64,000 bases of DNA from a virus, in IMG/VR virus record IMGVR_UViG_3300031132_000002; one strand, written 5' to 3'. Within the stretch, counting starts at the first letter, position 1. Every line of letters begins with the position of its first letter. Made by a program: the position numbers and the translations under genes. Below are positions 56,193-63,865 of the stretch, in pieces. The notes under the pieces were generated by a model. It did no database searches. It saw nothing but the letters and a program-made list of their open reading frames with translations, and was not told the DNA's origin.

Positions 56193-57323
56193 ATGTCTAC
56201 TTATACCCGTTACGGTGAACTGATTACAATTAACAAGCGTATGGGCATCCCAATGGATAGCCTGCCTGTAGGGACGTATGCACTGTCCTATAATGATAAC
56301 ATTGGTTATCATCTGGCTCTGGTTCCAGATATGGACATCCCGTCAAAACTCTACGGTGAAACAGACAGTCGAGCAAACCACGTAATCAAAACCTATCTGC
56401 GCCGTGCGGAAAAAGGTGATAACACTGGCGTACTCCTTTCTGGTACAAAAGGTAGTGGTAAAACAATGCTGGCAAAAGTGGTTGCTAAGAAACTGGCAAC
56501 ACTAGGCATCAGTACCATTCTGATCTCCGAGCCGTACACAGACGCAGGCTTTATTGAGTTTATGTCCAAGATTCAAGAGAAAGCTATGGTGATGATCGAT
56601 GAGTTTGATAAACTCTACGATGAAAAGAAGAAACAGGAATCTCTTCTGACTGTCTTAGACGGCACAGGTACAGGTAATAAAATGTTTATGCTGACAAAGA
56701 ACAATGGCTTCTTGTCTGAGTTCTTTAAAAACCGCCCTAGCCGTATTTTCTACAGCTTTGATTATGATAAGATCAGCGATGCAACAATGACTGACTACTT
56801 AGAACATCAACTGGATAACAAACAACACATTGCAGGCTTCAATCGTTTGCACGAAGTGAGCTTTGAACTGTCCTTCGATGTTATCCAAGGGTTAGTTGAG
56901 GAGCTAAACGCCTATCCCGAGATGCATTTTAAGGATGCTCTGGATATGATGGGTATCACGTTCGGCGCTGGCAAGGGTGAGTGGAAGCTGTCAGAGATGA
57001 CAATCAACGGTGAAGTGATTCAGACAGGTCACGTATCAGGTATCTACGGATTCGATCTGATTAAGTTCCTGGACAACAACATTCAGTTGACCGTTTACCT
57101 GAAAGAGAAAGCCACTCAGAAGGCATTACTGAAAAGTGTACCCCTGATTAAAGTAGGTGAAGATGACGATGATACATCAGAACTCACCTTTAGCGCTAAC
57201 ACAATGGCTATGGCTATCACAGACGGCGGTAAGCTGGTGTTCGAGGACAATACAGGGTCAGCACTGCGACTCGTACTTGAGCAGCCAATCACTGCTACAG
57301 GTGGATTCAGTCGGATTTTCTAA
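56193..57323 (+). CDS. AAA+ ATPase
   Basis: Walker A GTKGSGKT, Walker B VMIDEFDK, LLTVLDG, NRPSR. Confidence 0.92.
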   Translation: MSTYTRYGELITINKRMGIPMDSLPVGTYALSYNDNIGYHLALVPDMDIPSKLYGETDSRANHVIKTYLRRAEKGDNTGVLLSGTKGSGKTMLAKVVAKKLATLGISTILISEPYTDAGFIEFMSKIQEKAMVMIDEFDKLYDEKKKQESLLTVLDGTGTGNKMFMLTKNNGFLSEFFKNRPSRIFYSFDYDKISDATMTDYLEHQLDNKQHIAGFNRLHEVSFELSFDVIQGLVEELNAYPEMHFKDALDMMGITFGAGKGEWKLSEMTINGEVIQTGHVSGIYGFDLIKFLDNNIQLTVYLKEKATQKALLKSVPLIKVGEDDDDTSELTFSANTMAMAITDGGKLVFEDNTGSALRLVLEQPITATGGFSRIF

Positions 57324-57326
57324 AAT

Positions 57327-57350
57327 AAGGGGCTTCGGCCCCTTTTTCTT
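57327..57350 (+). terminator. Intrinsic terminator
   Basis: AGGGGC-TTCG-GCCCCT plus TTTT. Confidence 0.85.
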
Positions 57351-57361
57351 ATGGAGGGTGT

Positions 57362-57679
57362 ATGGAAGTAGAGATTGCAGTAACACATTACATTAAAGTA
57401 TCCGTTCTGGAAGCACTGGAACGTGGTAGGATTCGTTGGGATTATAATGTAGTGAGCGGTATTTGGGCAGAGAGATACTATTTAGCTGAACGTGATGATG
57501 TTTTCTTGGAAGTGTCTCAAGAAATCCTCTGCTCAGATGGTAGTCTGCACAATCACACACTATTCTATTTAGAGTGTTCAGACGTTTCCGCAGGTAACAA
57601 CAAGGATATTGTGTTAAAGTACATCCTAGAGAATGTAGATAGAATTATTCCTTATGAGGAGGTATGTGATTATGAGTAG
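57362..57679 (+). CDS. Hypothetical protein
   Basis: RBS GGAGG. Confidence 0.65.
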   Translation: MEVEIAVTHYIKVSVLEALERGRIRWDYNVVSGIWAERYYLAERDDVFLEVSQEILCSDGSLHNHTLFYLECSDVSAGNNKDIVLKYILENVDRIIPYEEVCDYE

Positions 57680-57983
57680 ATATTACAACCATATGCGAAC
57701 CCTGTTGAACATTGCAGGTATTCCCATTCCGGCAAGTAAGATTGAGTATGAGGCAGGTGTGGTTAGTTTTGTTGCTGACATATCAGAGAACAGTACAGCT
57801 ATGCTTGTGCAACACTTAGGAACTACAGTACCATTCACTCTGCAATATGCAGAAAACAACTGTGATGCTCTTAAGGTTCTTTTCTCGGCCCTTACCGTGG
57901 CAAAGCCAGAGGGAGTTCTCAAGCTGCACTCTTTCAGCTTGGAAGAATCAGACGATTGTTCAGTAATTTTCTCTATTGAGTGA
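57672..57983 (+). CDS. Hypothetical protein
   Basis: Start refined to MSRYY. Confidence 0.6.
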   Translation: MSRYYNHMRTLLNIAGIPIPASKIEYEAGVVSFVADISENSTAMLVQHLGTTVPFTLQYAENNCDALKVLFSALTVAKPEGVLKLHSFSLEESDDCSVIFSIE

Positions 57984-58189
57984 TTGATATTTGCTGTGAT
58001 ATTTGAAACGGAAAAGGGATTTGAAGTGACGTGCCGATCCCTGGAAATGGGAGAACTAATCCCTCTCCTGCTTCCTGTACAGCGTTGTGGCAAACTCTCT
58101 CACCTAACCCATAAACTCACCTAGATAAGTTTAAAAACCTCTCAGGATTGTTCTCAGTAGTTCTTAAAGATACCTATAAAACTTAATCC

Positions 58190-58413
58190 AAGAAATCGGC
58201 AAAAGGTCGTAGGATTTTTTCGAGTTTTCAGAAACCAGATTTAGAAATCCCGAAATTATATTAAGAATCGATCCCGAACAAATCTCACCTGTATCAGAAA
58301 AAATCAGAAAAACCTTGACAAAATTATTTTTAAAAAATCGGGCCAGGGTCGTAGGATTTTTTTGACTTTTTGAAAAACAGAATTTCATTTTCCAGAATTA
58401 TATTAAAAAATCG
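58190..58413 (+). repeat. Two imperfect ~80-bp direct repeats with A/T tracts
   Basis: Identical GGTCGTAGGATTTTTT at 58205 and 58347; shared AATTATATTAA..AATCG. Confidence 0.75.
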
Positions 58414-58440
58414 CATTTTCGGCAGGTATTATGCGCCTGA

Positions 58441-58515
58441 TCATAGTTTCGGGGGTGATAGTTTGCAGGCTAATGGTTTCGGGCGTGATAGTTTCAGACG
58501 TGACTATTTCGTTAG
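58441..58515 (+). repeat. Five degenerate 15-bp tandem repeats
   Basis: tcatagtttcggggg/tgatagtttgcaggc/taatggtttcgggcg/tgatagtttcagacg/tgactatttcgttag. Confidence 0.75.
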
Positions 58516-58659
58516 GAAACTATTAATCACCGGACGTTACTATCTGAATGACGGGCAGGGGCGGTTCTCTCTTCACTTAAGCAGCGTCTTACTCTGGGAA
58601 TATAATATCATACTGACTGAATAGATCAACGATTATTTCAATCTTTACAAAACTTATTT

Positions 58660-58745
58660 TAGACAGCTTACCGGCGATTCACCTTGCAGCCCCTTCGGGC
58701 CTGCTAGCCAAGTTTAGCGCCGTTGGTAGGCGTTGCCTTACTGTG
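58660..58745 (-). ncRNA. Candidate ~85-nt hairpin sRNA
   Basis: Directly downstream of promoter 58751-58779; no ORF; nested pairings CGGCG/CGCCG, GCAG/CUGC, CCC-GAA-GGG. Confidence 0.5.
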
Positions 58746-58750
58746 AAAAC

Positions 58751-58779
58751 AGTATAACCAGGCTTGCGCCTGGCGTCAA
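58751..58779 (-). promoter_or_regulatory. Sigma70 promoter with palindromic spacer
   Basis: TTGACG-ccaggcgcaagcctggt-TATACT. Confidence 0.75.
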
Positions 58780-58782
58780 TAC

Positions 58783-58941
58783 TTAATCATAATTTTTGTC
58801 ACGTCCAATAATACAAACAAAAGTCCAGCCGTCATCCTCTACGCTTTCCTTTATTTCCTCTACCGTACCGCAACGGCTTAAAGTTGTTGTAGAATTAGAA
58901 TCCGCATCGAAAACTTTTACCAGGTAGTATTGATCGATCAT
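58783..58941 (-). CDS. 52-aa early protein
   Basis: MIDQYYLVKVFD...; own promoter; below the track cutoff. Confidence 0.6.
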   Translation of the reverse strand: MIDQYYLVKVFDADSNSTTTLSRCGTVEEIKESVEDDGWTFVCIIGRDKNYD

Positions 58942-58971
58942 AGCGTAACCCTTGTTTGTTTCAGTTCGATT

Positions 58972-59000
58972 AGCATAGCCTGGCGGGGCCAGGTAGTCAA
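58972..59000 (-). promoter_or_regulatory. Sigma70 promoter with palindromic spacer
   Basis: TTGACT-acctggccccgccaggc-TATGCT. Confidence 0.7.
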
Positions 59001-59177
59001 TTAATATTCCAGTGAATCCGCAATTATTTCCCCGTTCTCCGCTACTACCTTCACACGATAAAAACCCGCGTCTAACATCCTCATAGCGTGAGGCAATGGA
59101 ACCCGGCGAGATCCGCAGTGCAGCGCACTTGTTTCCCAGGTAAAGAGAGTAACCATTGTATCTGAGGAAGTAATCAT
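59001..59177 (-). CDS. 58-aa early protein
   Basis: MITSSDTMVTLFTW...; RBS AGGA; own promoter at 59207-59235. Confidence 0.6.
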   Translation of the reverse strand: MITSSDTMVTLFTWETSALHCGSRRVPLPHAMRMLDAGFYRVKVVAENGEIIADSLEY

Positions 59178-59240
59178 TTTCTTGTCCTATTTGTTGGAGT
59201 CAGAACATTATGCCCGAAATGAATCGGGCAATCAATAGTT

Positions 59241-59468
59241 TTATTCGACAATATCAAAGAAAGTCGCTAGGTCTGCGCGGCTCAGACAATAGCCTGAATT
59301 GATCATCGCTTTTGTTTTACGGTCGATCATAACCTGACTAGCGTTTGTATGTGCCGGAGAGGTAACAAGGAACAGATCGCCTGGCTTTACATTAACAGGA
59401 CGGCCCCGCCCATTCAGGGACTTAATCTGGAAAGGGCTTTTTGCTGATACCATAGTAAACTGTTTCAT
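59241..59468 (-). CDS. Small early protein
   Basis: RBS AAGGA; VKPGDLFLV. Confidence 0.7.
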   Translation of the reverse strand: MKQFTMVSAKSPFQIKSLNGRGRPVNVKPGDLFLVTSPAHTNASQVMIDRKTKAMINSGYCLSRADLATFFDIVE

Positions 59469-59602
59469 CTCTGTTTTCCTTTATATATCACGGCTTCCCG
59501 TGTTTAGTGTGGCTATAATACACTAAACAAAAGTAAAAACAATACTTGATTTAAAATCATTTATCTGTAGAATACGAAGCCTAATCAACAGAGAGGGCAA
59601 AA

Positions 59603-59863
59603 ATGTTTCCATTCAAGACAGGCGGTGAACTTTACGTTTTCAACTCAGAGAAACCGCAAAGACTGTTAGCTAGTGTTGTGAAGAATCCACATAGCGCAAC
59701 GGTTGCACCTGGCTTTATTATGGTGAATTGTGTGTTAACCTTTGCACAGGTGTTGATTCACAAATACGCTAACGGCGTAACGTTAGACGGTTACTATTCA
59801 AAAGACGCGGAGATCTTATATAATGCAATCATCAAAGTTAAACAGCAGCGGAGGATCTTTTAA
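59603..59863 (+). CDS. Early hypothetical protein
   Basis: Follows promoter 59546. Confidence 0.65.
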   Translation: MFPFKTGGELYVFNSEKPQRLLASVVKNPHSATVAPGFIMVNCVLTFAQVLIHKYANGVTLDGYYSKDAEILYNAIIKVKQQRRIF

Positions 59864-60396
59864 TGGGGCGTGAGTATGTGATCCAATCCTGGGTAAAGCA
59901 CGATCCTGATGATTGGCGGGTTATTCCTGACGAGCTTCTAGATCATTCTGTAGGGTATAGCGGGGAGCAAGTAGGCAACCGTCTGGCACGGTCTAACGGT
60001 AACGTAAGGACTCGAACGATCCCAGGCTGGAATCCTGACGGCACGGCAGACATTGCCGGAGCAGCAGAACCAGAAAGAGCGGCGCGGCGCGTTAATCCTT
60101 TGTATGCTGTAGATCCAGCGTTTAAGATTCTGGAAGAGTACGAGCCGAAAGCAGCAGCACTAACGGCAGACCTAGAAGCCAGGAGAATTACACAAGGGAC
60201 TTTTGATCTAGCTATGAGGGTGTTAGATAACAAACTTAAGAAGGCAGAAGCGAAGATCCACAAGTTAGCAGAGCCAGACGACGAAGAAGAGCAGGAAGAA
60301 GATAGCGAACCGGTATTATTCGCAGAAGTAGCAGACAGCGAAGGCTTTACAGAAGAAGAATTGAAAAAAGCATTAAATAAACGATTCTTTGATTGA
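59863..60396 (+). CDS. Early protein with acidic C-terminus
   Basis: EPDDEEEQEEDSE; coupled to the upstream gene. Confidence 0.7.
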   Translation: MGREYVIQSWVKHDPDDWRVIPDELLDHSVGYSGEQVGNRLARSNGNVRTRTIPGWNPDGTADIAGAAEPERAARRVNPLYAVDPAFKILEEYEPKAAALTADLEARRITQGTFDLAMRVLDNKLKKAEAKIHKLAEPDDEEEQEEDSEPVLFAEVADSEGFTEEELKKALNKRFFD

Positions 60397-60427
60397 CAGA
60401 CAAAACGAGATCCCTTAGTATTACCAC

Positions 60428-60490
60428 ATCAACGAGGCAGGGAGCCACCCGCAAGGGCAGTAGCGCCAGAGCATACGAAGTCTGGATAAG
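60428..60490 (+). ncRNA. Candidate sRNA with three hairpins
   Basis: Follows TTGACA-N17-TAGTAT (60393-60421); no ORF before the next promoter; GGC-AGGGA-GCC, CCC-GCAA-GGG, CCAGA..TCTGG. Confidence 0.45.
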
Positions 60491-60591
60491 TTGAAAAAGA
60501 AACGAAATAGTAGTTGAAATAAAGAATCAGTATGATACACTAGCTTCACAGTAACAAGACAACTTAAACAAACAACCAAGGAAAACGAATT

Positions 60592-60750
60592 ATGAACAAG
60601 CCAACTAACTTCAAGCAAGCCGATTTCATCACTATGCAAAACGATAACGAAGACCGCGCAAATCGTGGAGTTCGTAAAGAAGGCTGGATCATCGCTGGTT
60701 TGTTTTCCTTGCTTGTCTGGATTCCAGTACTATCTAAAATCTTTTTCTAA
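60592..60750 (+). CDS. 52-aa protein with C-terminal TM
   Basis: MNKPTNF...GWIIAGLFSLLVWIPVLSKIFF; RBS AAGGA. Confidence 0.65.
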   Translation: MNKPTNFKQADFITMQNDNEDRANRGVRKEGWIIAGLFSLLVWIPVLSKIFF

Positions 60751-60819
60751 AATAGTGTTGACCTAGAAAACAAAAATCTGTAGTATTCTTATCACTGAGA
60801 CGAAAACGGAAACAAAGCA

Positions 60820-60966
60820 ATGAAACAATATGTAATGGCTATTCACTTTAAATCAGGCGCAACGGTATGCACACCGGATCTATATGCGATTCGTCAACGT
60901 TGTAAGCGTCTTAAATCGGAGTTGAATAAAAATAAAGATTGTGGTTTTCGTCGCTGGGGTTTATAA
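60820..60966 (+). CDS. 48-aa basic early protein
   Basis: MKQYVMAIHF...; own promoter. Confidence 0.55.
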   Translation: MKQYVMAIHFKSGATVCTPDLYAIRQRCKRLKSELNKNKDCGFRRWGL

Positions 60967-61043
60967 ATCGTTTGACTTTGATTTAGTGGGGCTTTAAGAT
61001 AGCCTCACTAGGTAAGAGAAAACAATCAACCAAGGAAAATAAA

Positions 61044-61310
61044 ATGGCTTCTTTCAGCGCAACAATGTTTAAACTTTCAGCTATGGGTGACAAAGTGATC
61101 GCCGGATCTGGTAGCTTTGCGAATATTTCTATTGATGGGCGTTTAAGCCTGGCGGCGGCTATCGAAGTGGCGCGGGAAAACTTAAAGAAAGAAGCAGGCG
61201 CGGCGTATATCGGATTTGCAATCGAAAAAACATCCCGATTTGTTGACTATAAAAACCCTGTGATTGTTGATTCACAGTTAAAAGCAAAAGAAGTGATGTT
61301 TTTACTGTAA
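61044..61310 (+). CDS. Early hypothetical protein
   Basis: GSGSFANISIDGRLSL; RBS AAGGA. Confidence 0.7.
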   Translation: MASFSATMFKLSAMGDKVIAGSGSFANISIDGRLSLAAAIEVARENLKKEAGAAYIGFAIEKTSRFVDYKNPVIVDSQLKAKEVMFLL

Positions 61311-61410
61311 AAGATTCAAAAATAAGTTTGACAGAAGCAAAGCAATAAACGATAATACTTACATCAAGCGGGGAAATGGTTTCCCGCCTAACAAAAGAGA
61401 AGAGAAAACT

Positions 61411-61581
61411 ATGAAAACTTTCACCACTCGCAACGAAGCCCGCGCAATCCGTAAAGCAGTAAACGAGAAAGTAAAAGCGTCTGGTAGCAAAGCAACCTTG
61501 CGCGACCCTGTGAAAAACGATGATGGGCGCTGGTCATTCCCTGGTATCTCACACGGTAAGAAACTAACTCTGAAAAAGTAA
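61411..61581 (+). CDS. 56-aa basic early protein
   Basis: MKTFTTRNEARA...GKKLTLKK; own promoter. Confidence 0.65.
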   Translation: MKTFTTRNEARAIRKAVNEKVKASGSKATLRDPVKNDDGRWSFPGISHGKKLTLKK

Positions 61582-61665
61582 GATTATTTTACAAAGGGCT
61601 TTTGCAAATAATAATAGCCCTTGATAGAATACTCTCACACTAACAAAGCAACCAAGGACAAGAAA

Positions 61666-61998
61666 ATGACTACCACTTACACTGAAATCCTGGCAAATGC
61701 AATCGTCGCTTTTAACGAGCGTATCCAGTGCGATAACTTAACGATTGTAAGCGATTCAAGCGATGCATTGCACGAAGTGGCGGATCATTATGTTCCCCAT
61801 TACTACAAAGAAATTTTTGAGGTAATGGCGTCAGAAGGTATTGATCACGAATTCGAAGACAGCGGATTGATTCCTGAGACAAAAGATGTTACGCGGATTT
61901 TGCAGGCTCGCATCTACGAACAACTTTACATTGACATTCAGAACTCAAATGATTTAGTATGGTGTGAATCAGATTTCGGAGAAGAAGAAACAGAATAA
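61666..61998 (+). CDS. ocr: Ocr anti-restriction DNA mimic (T7 gp0.3 homolog)
   Basis: [45 protein letters not shown] closely matches T7 Ocr [45 protein letters not shown] (recalled from memory); start refined to ATG 61666. Confidence 0.93.
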   Translation: [110 protein letters not shown]

Positions 61999-62147
61999 CG
62001 ATTTTTCGTGTTGCCTCCTGGTTAGGGGGCAATGAGAAAGAAAGTTAAAAGATTTAGAAAACAGTTGTTGACTCTGAATCAAAAAAGCGTAGAATGTTTC
62101 ATATCAGGACAACAAAGGGTTGTCCCTAACAGAGAAGAGAAAATATT

Positions 62148-62498
62148 ATGACTATCGCAACCATCAAAGCAAACATCGAAGCTAAAAAATTAGAAATCAA
62201 AGAAAAGCAAGCTGAAATGGATAATTTTGAAATCACCGTTAGCGAAAGAGAATATGATGATTTTCTGAATGATTGTTACGAAGAAGTAGAAATTTGTGGT
62301 CAAACTTATGCGCCAGCTTATGCTCTTAAGATGGTTGATGAAATATCTTACAATACGGGAAAGAGTGACTACGAAGGATCACAAGAGAAGGAAGAAAACG
62401 AAGATTACAAAGAGCTAATGGAAGATCTGGAGACATTAGAATCTGAACTAGAAGATCTCGAAAGTGAGTTAGAAGAGGCAGAAGAAAACGAAGAATAA
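62148..62498 (+). CDS. Highly acidic early protein (candidate DNA mimic)
   Basis: Ends ELMEDLETLESELEDLESELEEAEENEE; own promoter. Confidence 0.75.
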   Translation: MTIATIKANIEAKKLEIKEKQAEMDNFEITVSEREYDDFLNDCYEEVEICGQTYAPAYALKMVDEISYNTGKSDYEGSQEKEENEDYKELMEDLETLESELEDLESELEEAEENEE

Positions 62499-62585
62499 TC
62501 TAAAATAGTTGTTGACCTTTAATTCAGAATAACAGATAATACTTATCAGACGGCGGGAAAGTCTCTCGCCATAAGCGAGAATAAA

Positions 62586-62741
62586 ATGCAAAAGTATACA
62601 ATCCAATGTGAACAGGCAGACGGCACAATCTGGAGTCCTGACTGGCGTTTATCTTTCCAGGACGCGCAAGAGATGAAACAGCAGTATAAAGAAGTGTTTA
62701 CTTTATGCAAGAGTTGGAAAGTTATAAAAATAAGTAAATAA
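62586..62741 (+). CDS. 51-aa early protein
   Basis: MQKYTIQCEQADG...; own promoter. Confidence 0.6.
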   Translation: MQKYTIQCEQADGTIWSPDWRLSFQDAQEMKQQYKEVFTLCKSWKVIKISK

Positions 62742-62815
62742 TTGTTGACTGTAAACAAGAGACATTATAATATAGTGTCTCTGATTTAGAGAAACAACCA
62801 CCACTAACTAGGAAA

Positions 62816-63382
62816 ATGAAAATGACTATCATCGAAATCACAGACAACACAACTAAACGCCAGTTAGTGAAGGGCTTGAAAAAGTTGGGTAAAGGATTGT
62901 TCACTGAGTGTTTCGAATTGAGTGATAGTGAAGTACTGTTAGTAAGTGAAGATCCGTTGAAAGAAGTCTACTCAATGGGCTGGCTGTGTGATACACTGTT
63001 TCCAGTAACTGAGAGAATAGATTGCTTAGCAAGCGGCGAGAATATTTTCAAAATGAAACAGTATACAAAAGTTTCAAGCCTGAAAAATAGTTTAGAAGCA
63101 GATCAATACGAAATTTATAAAACTTTGCGAAAGGCTCAGGATGTGTTAAAGTGTCCTAGCAACCTTTATGACAGTTACAACGCGGTACACGATGCATTTT
63201 CAACGATTGAAAATGACGAGTTACGCACGACAATGATTGAAGCGCTGGATGATGTAGCGAATTACGGATCTGATGTAATGTTTGAGATTTCACCGCGAAA
63301 TGTTGCAGTAGACAACGGCAAGCTGATTCTGCTAGACTGCTTCTTTATGCGCAGTAAAGCAAACGAAATGCGTAACAAATAA
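62816..63382 (+). CDS. Protein-kinase-like fold protein (T7 gp0.7-like layout, degenerate motifs)
   Basis: LGKGLF Gly loop; FEISPRNV catalytic-loop-like; LILLDC. Confidence 0.6.
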   Translation: MKMTIIEITDNTTKRQLVKGLKKLGKGLFTECFELSDSEVLLVSEDPLKEVYSMGWLCDTLFPVTERIDCLASGENIFKMKQYTKVSSLKNSLEADQYEIYKTLRKAQDVLKCPSNLYDSYNAVHDAFSTIENDELRTTMIEALDDVANYGSDVMFEISPRNVAVDNGKLILLDCFFMRSKANEMRNK

Positions 63383-63410
63383 TCTAACTAAACTTAAAGA
63401 GGGTATAAAG

Positions 63411-63545
63411 ATGCAATACACAAACAAAGCTGAAAAAATGAAGTCGGGCAAACGTGCGGCATTCGGTGAAGTTGTGATCAAGAAGGGCGCAAAGCTGAAT
63501 AAGACAACGCGAGGAGTCAGCAATAAACGCAACTGGCAAGAGTAA
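63411..63545 (+). CDS. 44-aa basic peptide
   Basis: MQYTNKAEKMKSGKR...; RBS GAGG; followed by a terminator. Confidence 0.55.
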   Translation: MQYTNKAEKMKSGKRAAFGEVVIKKGAKLNKTTRGVSNKRNWQE

Positions 63546-63548
63546 CAA

Positions 63549-63574
63549 GAGGGGGCGCAAATAGCGCCCCTTTC
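63549..63574 (+). terminator. Intrinsic terminator
   Basis: GGGGCGC-AAATA-GCGCCCC plus TTT. Confidence 0.65.
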
Positions 63575-63655
63575 GACGTTTAAGAGACTGCAAACATAAG
63601 CCATAGAATCACACTAACCAAGCAATAAAACCTCTTACAATGGATTACAGAAACA

Positions 63656-63865
63656 ATGAGACACGATACACCAGCTAACAACCTCCCCGCCCTTATCAAA
63701 CAATGGAATCAATCTAACAGGATGATAGCACGTTACTATGATCAACACGGCTTCCCTGTGTGGGGCATTGTCCTGGACATTAACGAAAAAGAATCACAAA
63801 TAACTATTGATCATAGGTCTAACTGTGTTAGTATGTCTGCATTGATTGAGACAAAACAGGTATAG
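63656..63865 (+). CDS. Hypothetical protein
   Basis: Track ORF in early-region orientation. Confidence 0.55.
   Translation: MRHDTPANNLPALIKQWNQSNRMIARYYDQHGFPVWGIVLDINEKESQITIDHRSNCVSMSALIETKQV

Larger units (their letters stand above)
59546..62773 (+). promoter_or_regulatory. Array of about ten sigma70 early promoters
   Basis: -35 hexamers at 59546, 60393, 60514, 60758, 60972, 61328, 61602, 62068, 62512 and 62745, each with a -10 at 16-17 bp; most have AT-rich upstream tracts. Confidence 0.8.

Noticed and set aside
58441-58515. CRISPR or mini-CRISPR array
   Set aside because: Units are contiguous degenerate 15-mers with no unique spacers, and no cas genes are in the window
58370-58624. 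84-aa plus-strand ORF with pentapeptide-like repeats
   Set aside because: No RBS, TTG start inside a DNA repeat; the periodicity is explained by the 15-bp repeat
58680-58710. SRP (4.5S) RNA assignment for the hairpin RNA
   Set aside because: CAGG..CC.GAAGG..GC.GC.AAGG looks similar, but the conserved CAGG/AGCA internal loop is replaced by canonical pairing
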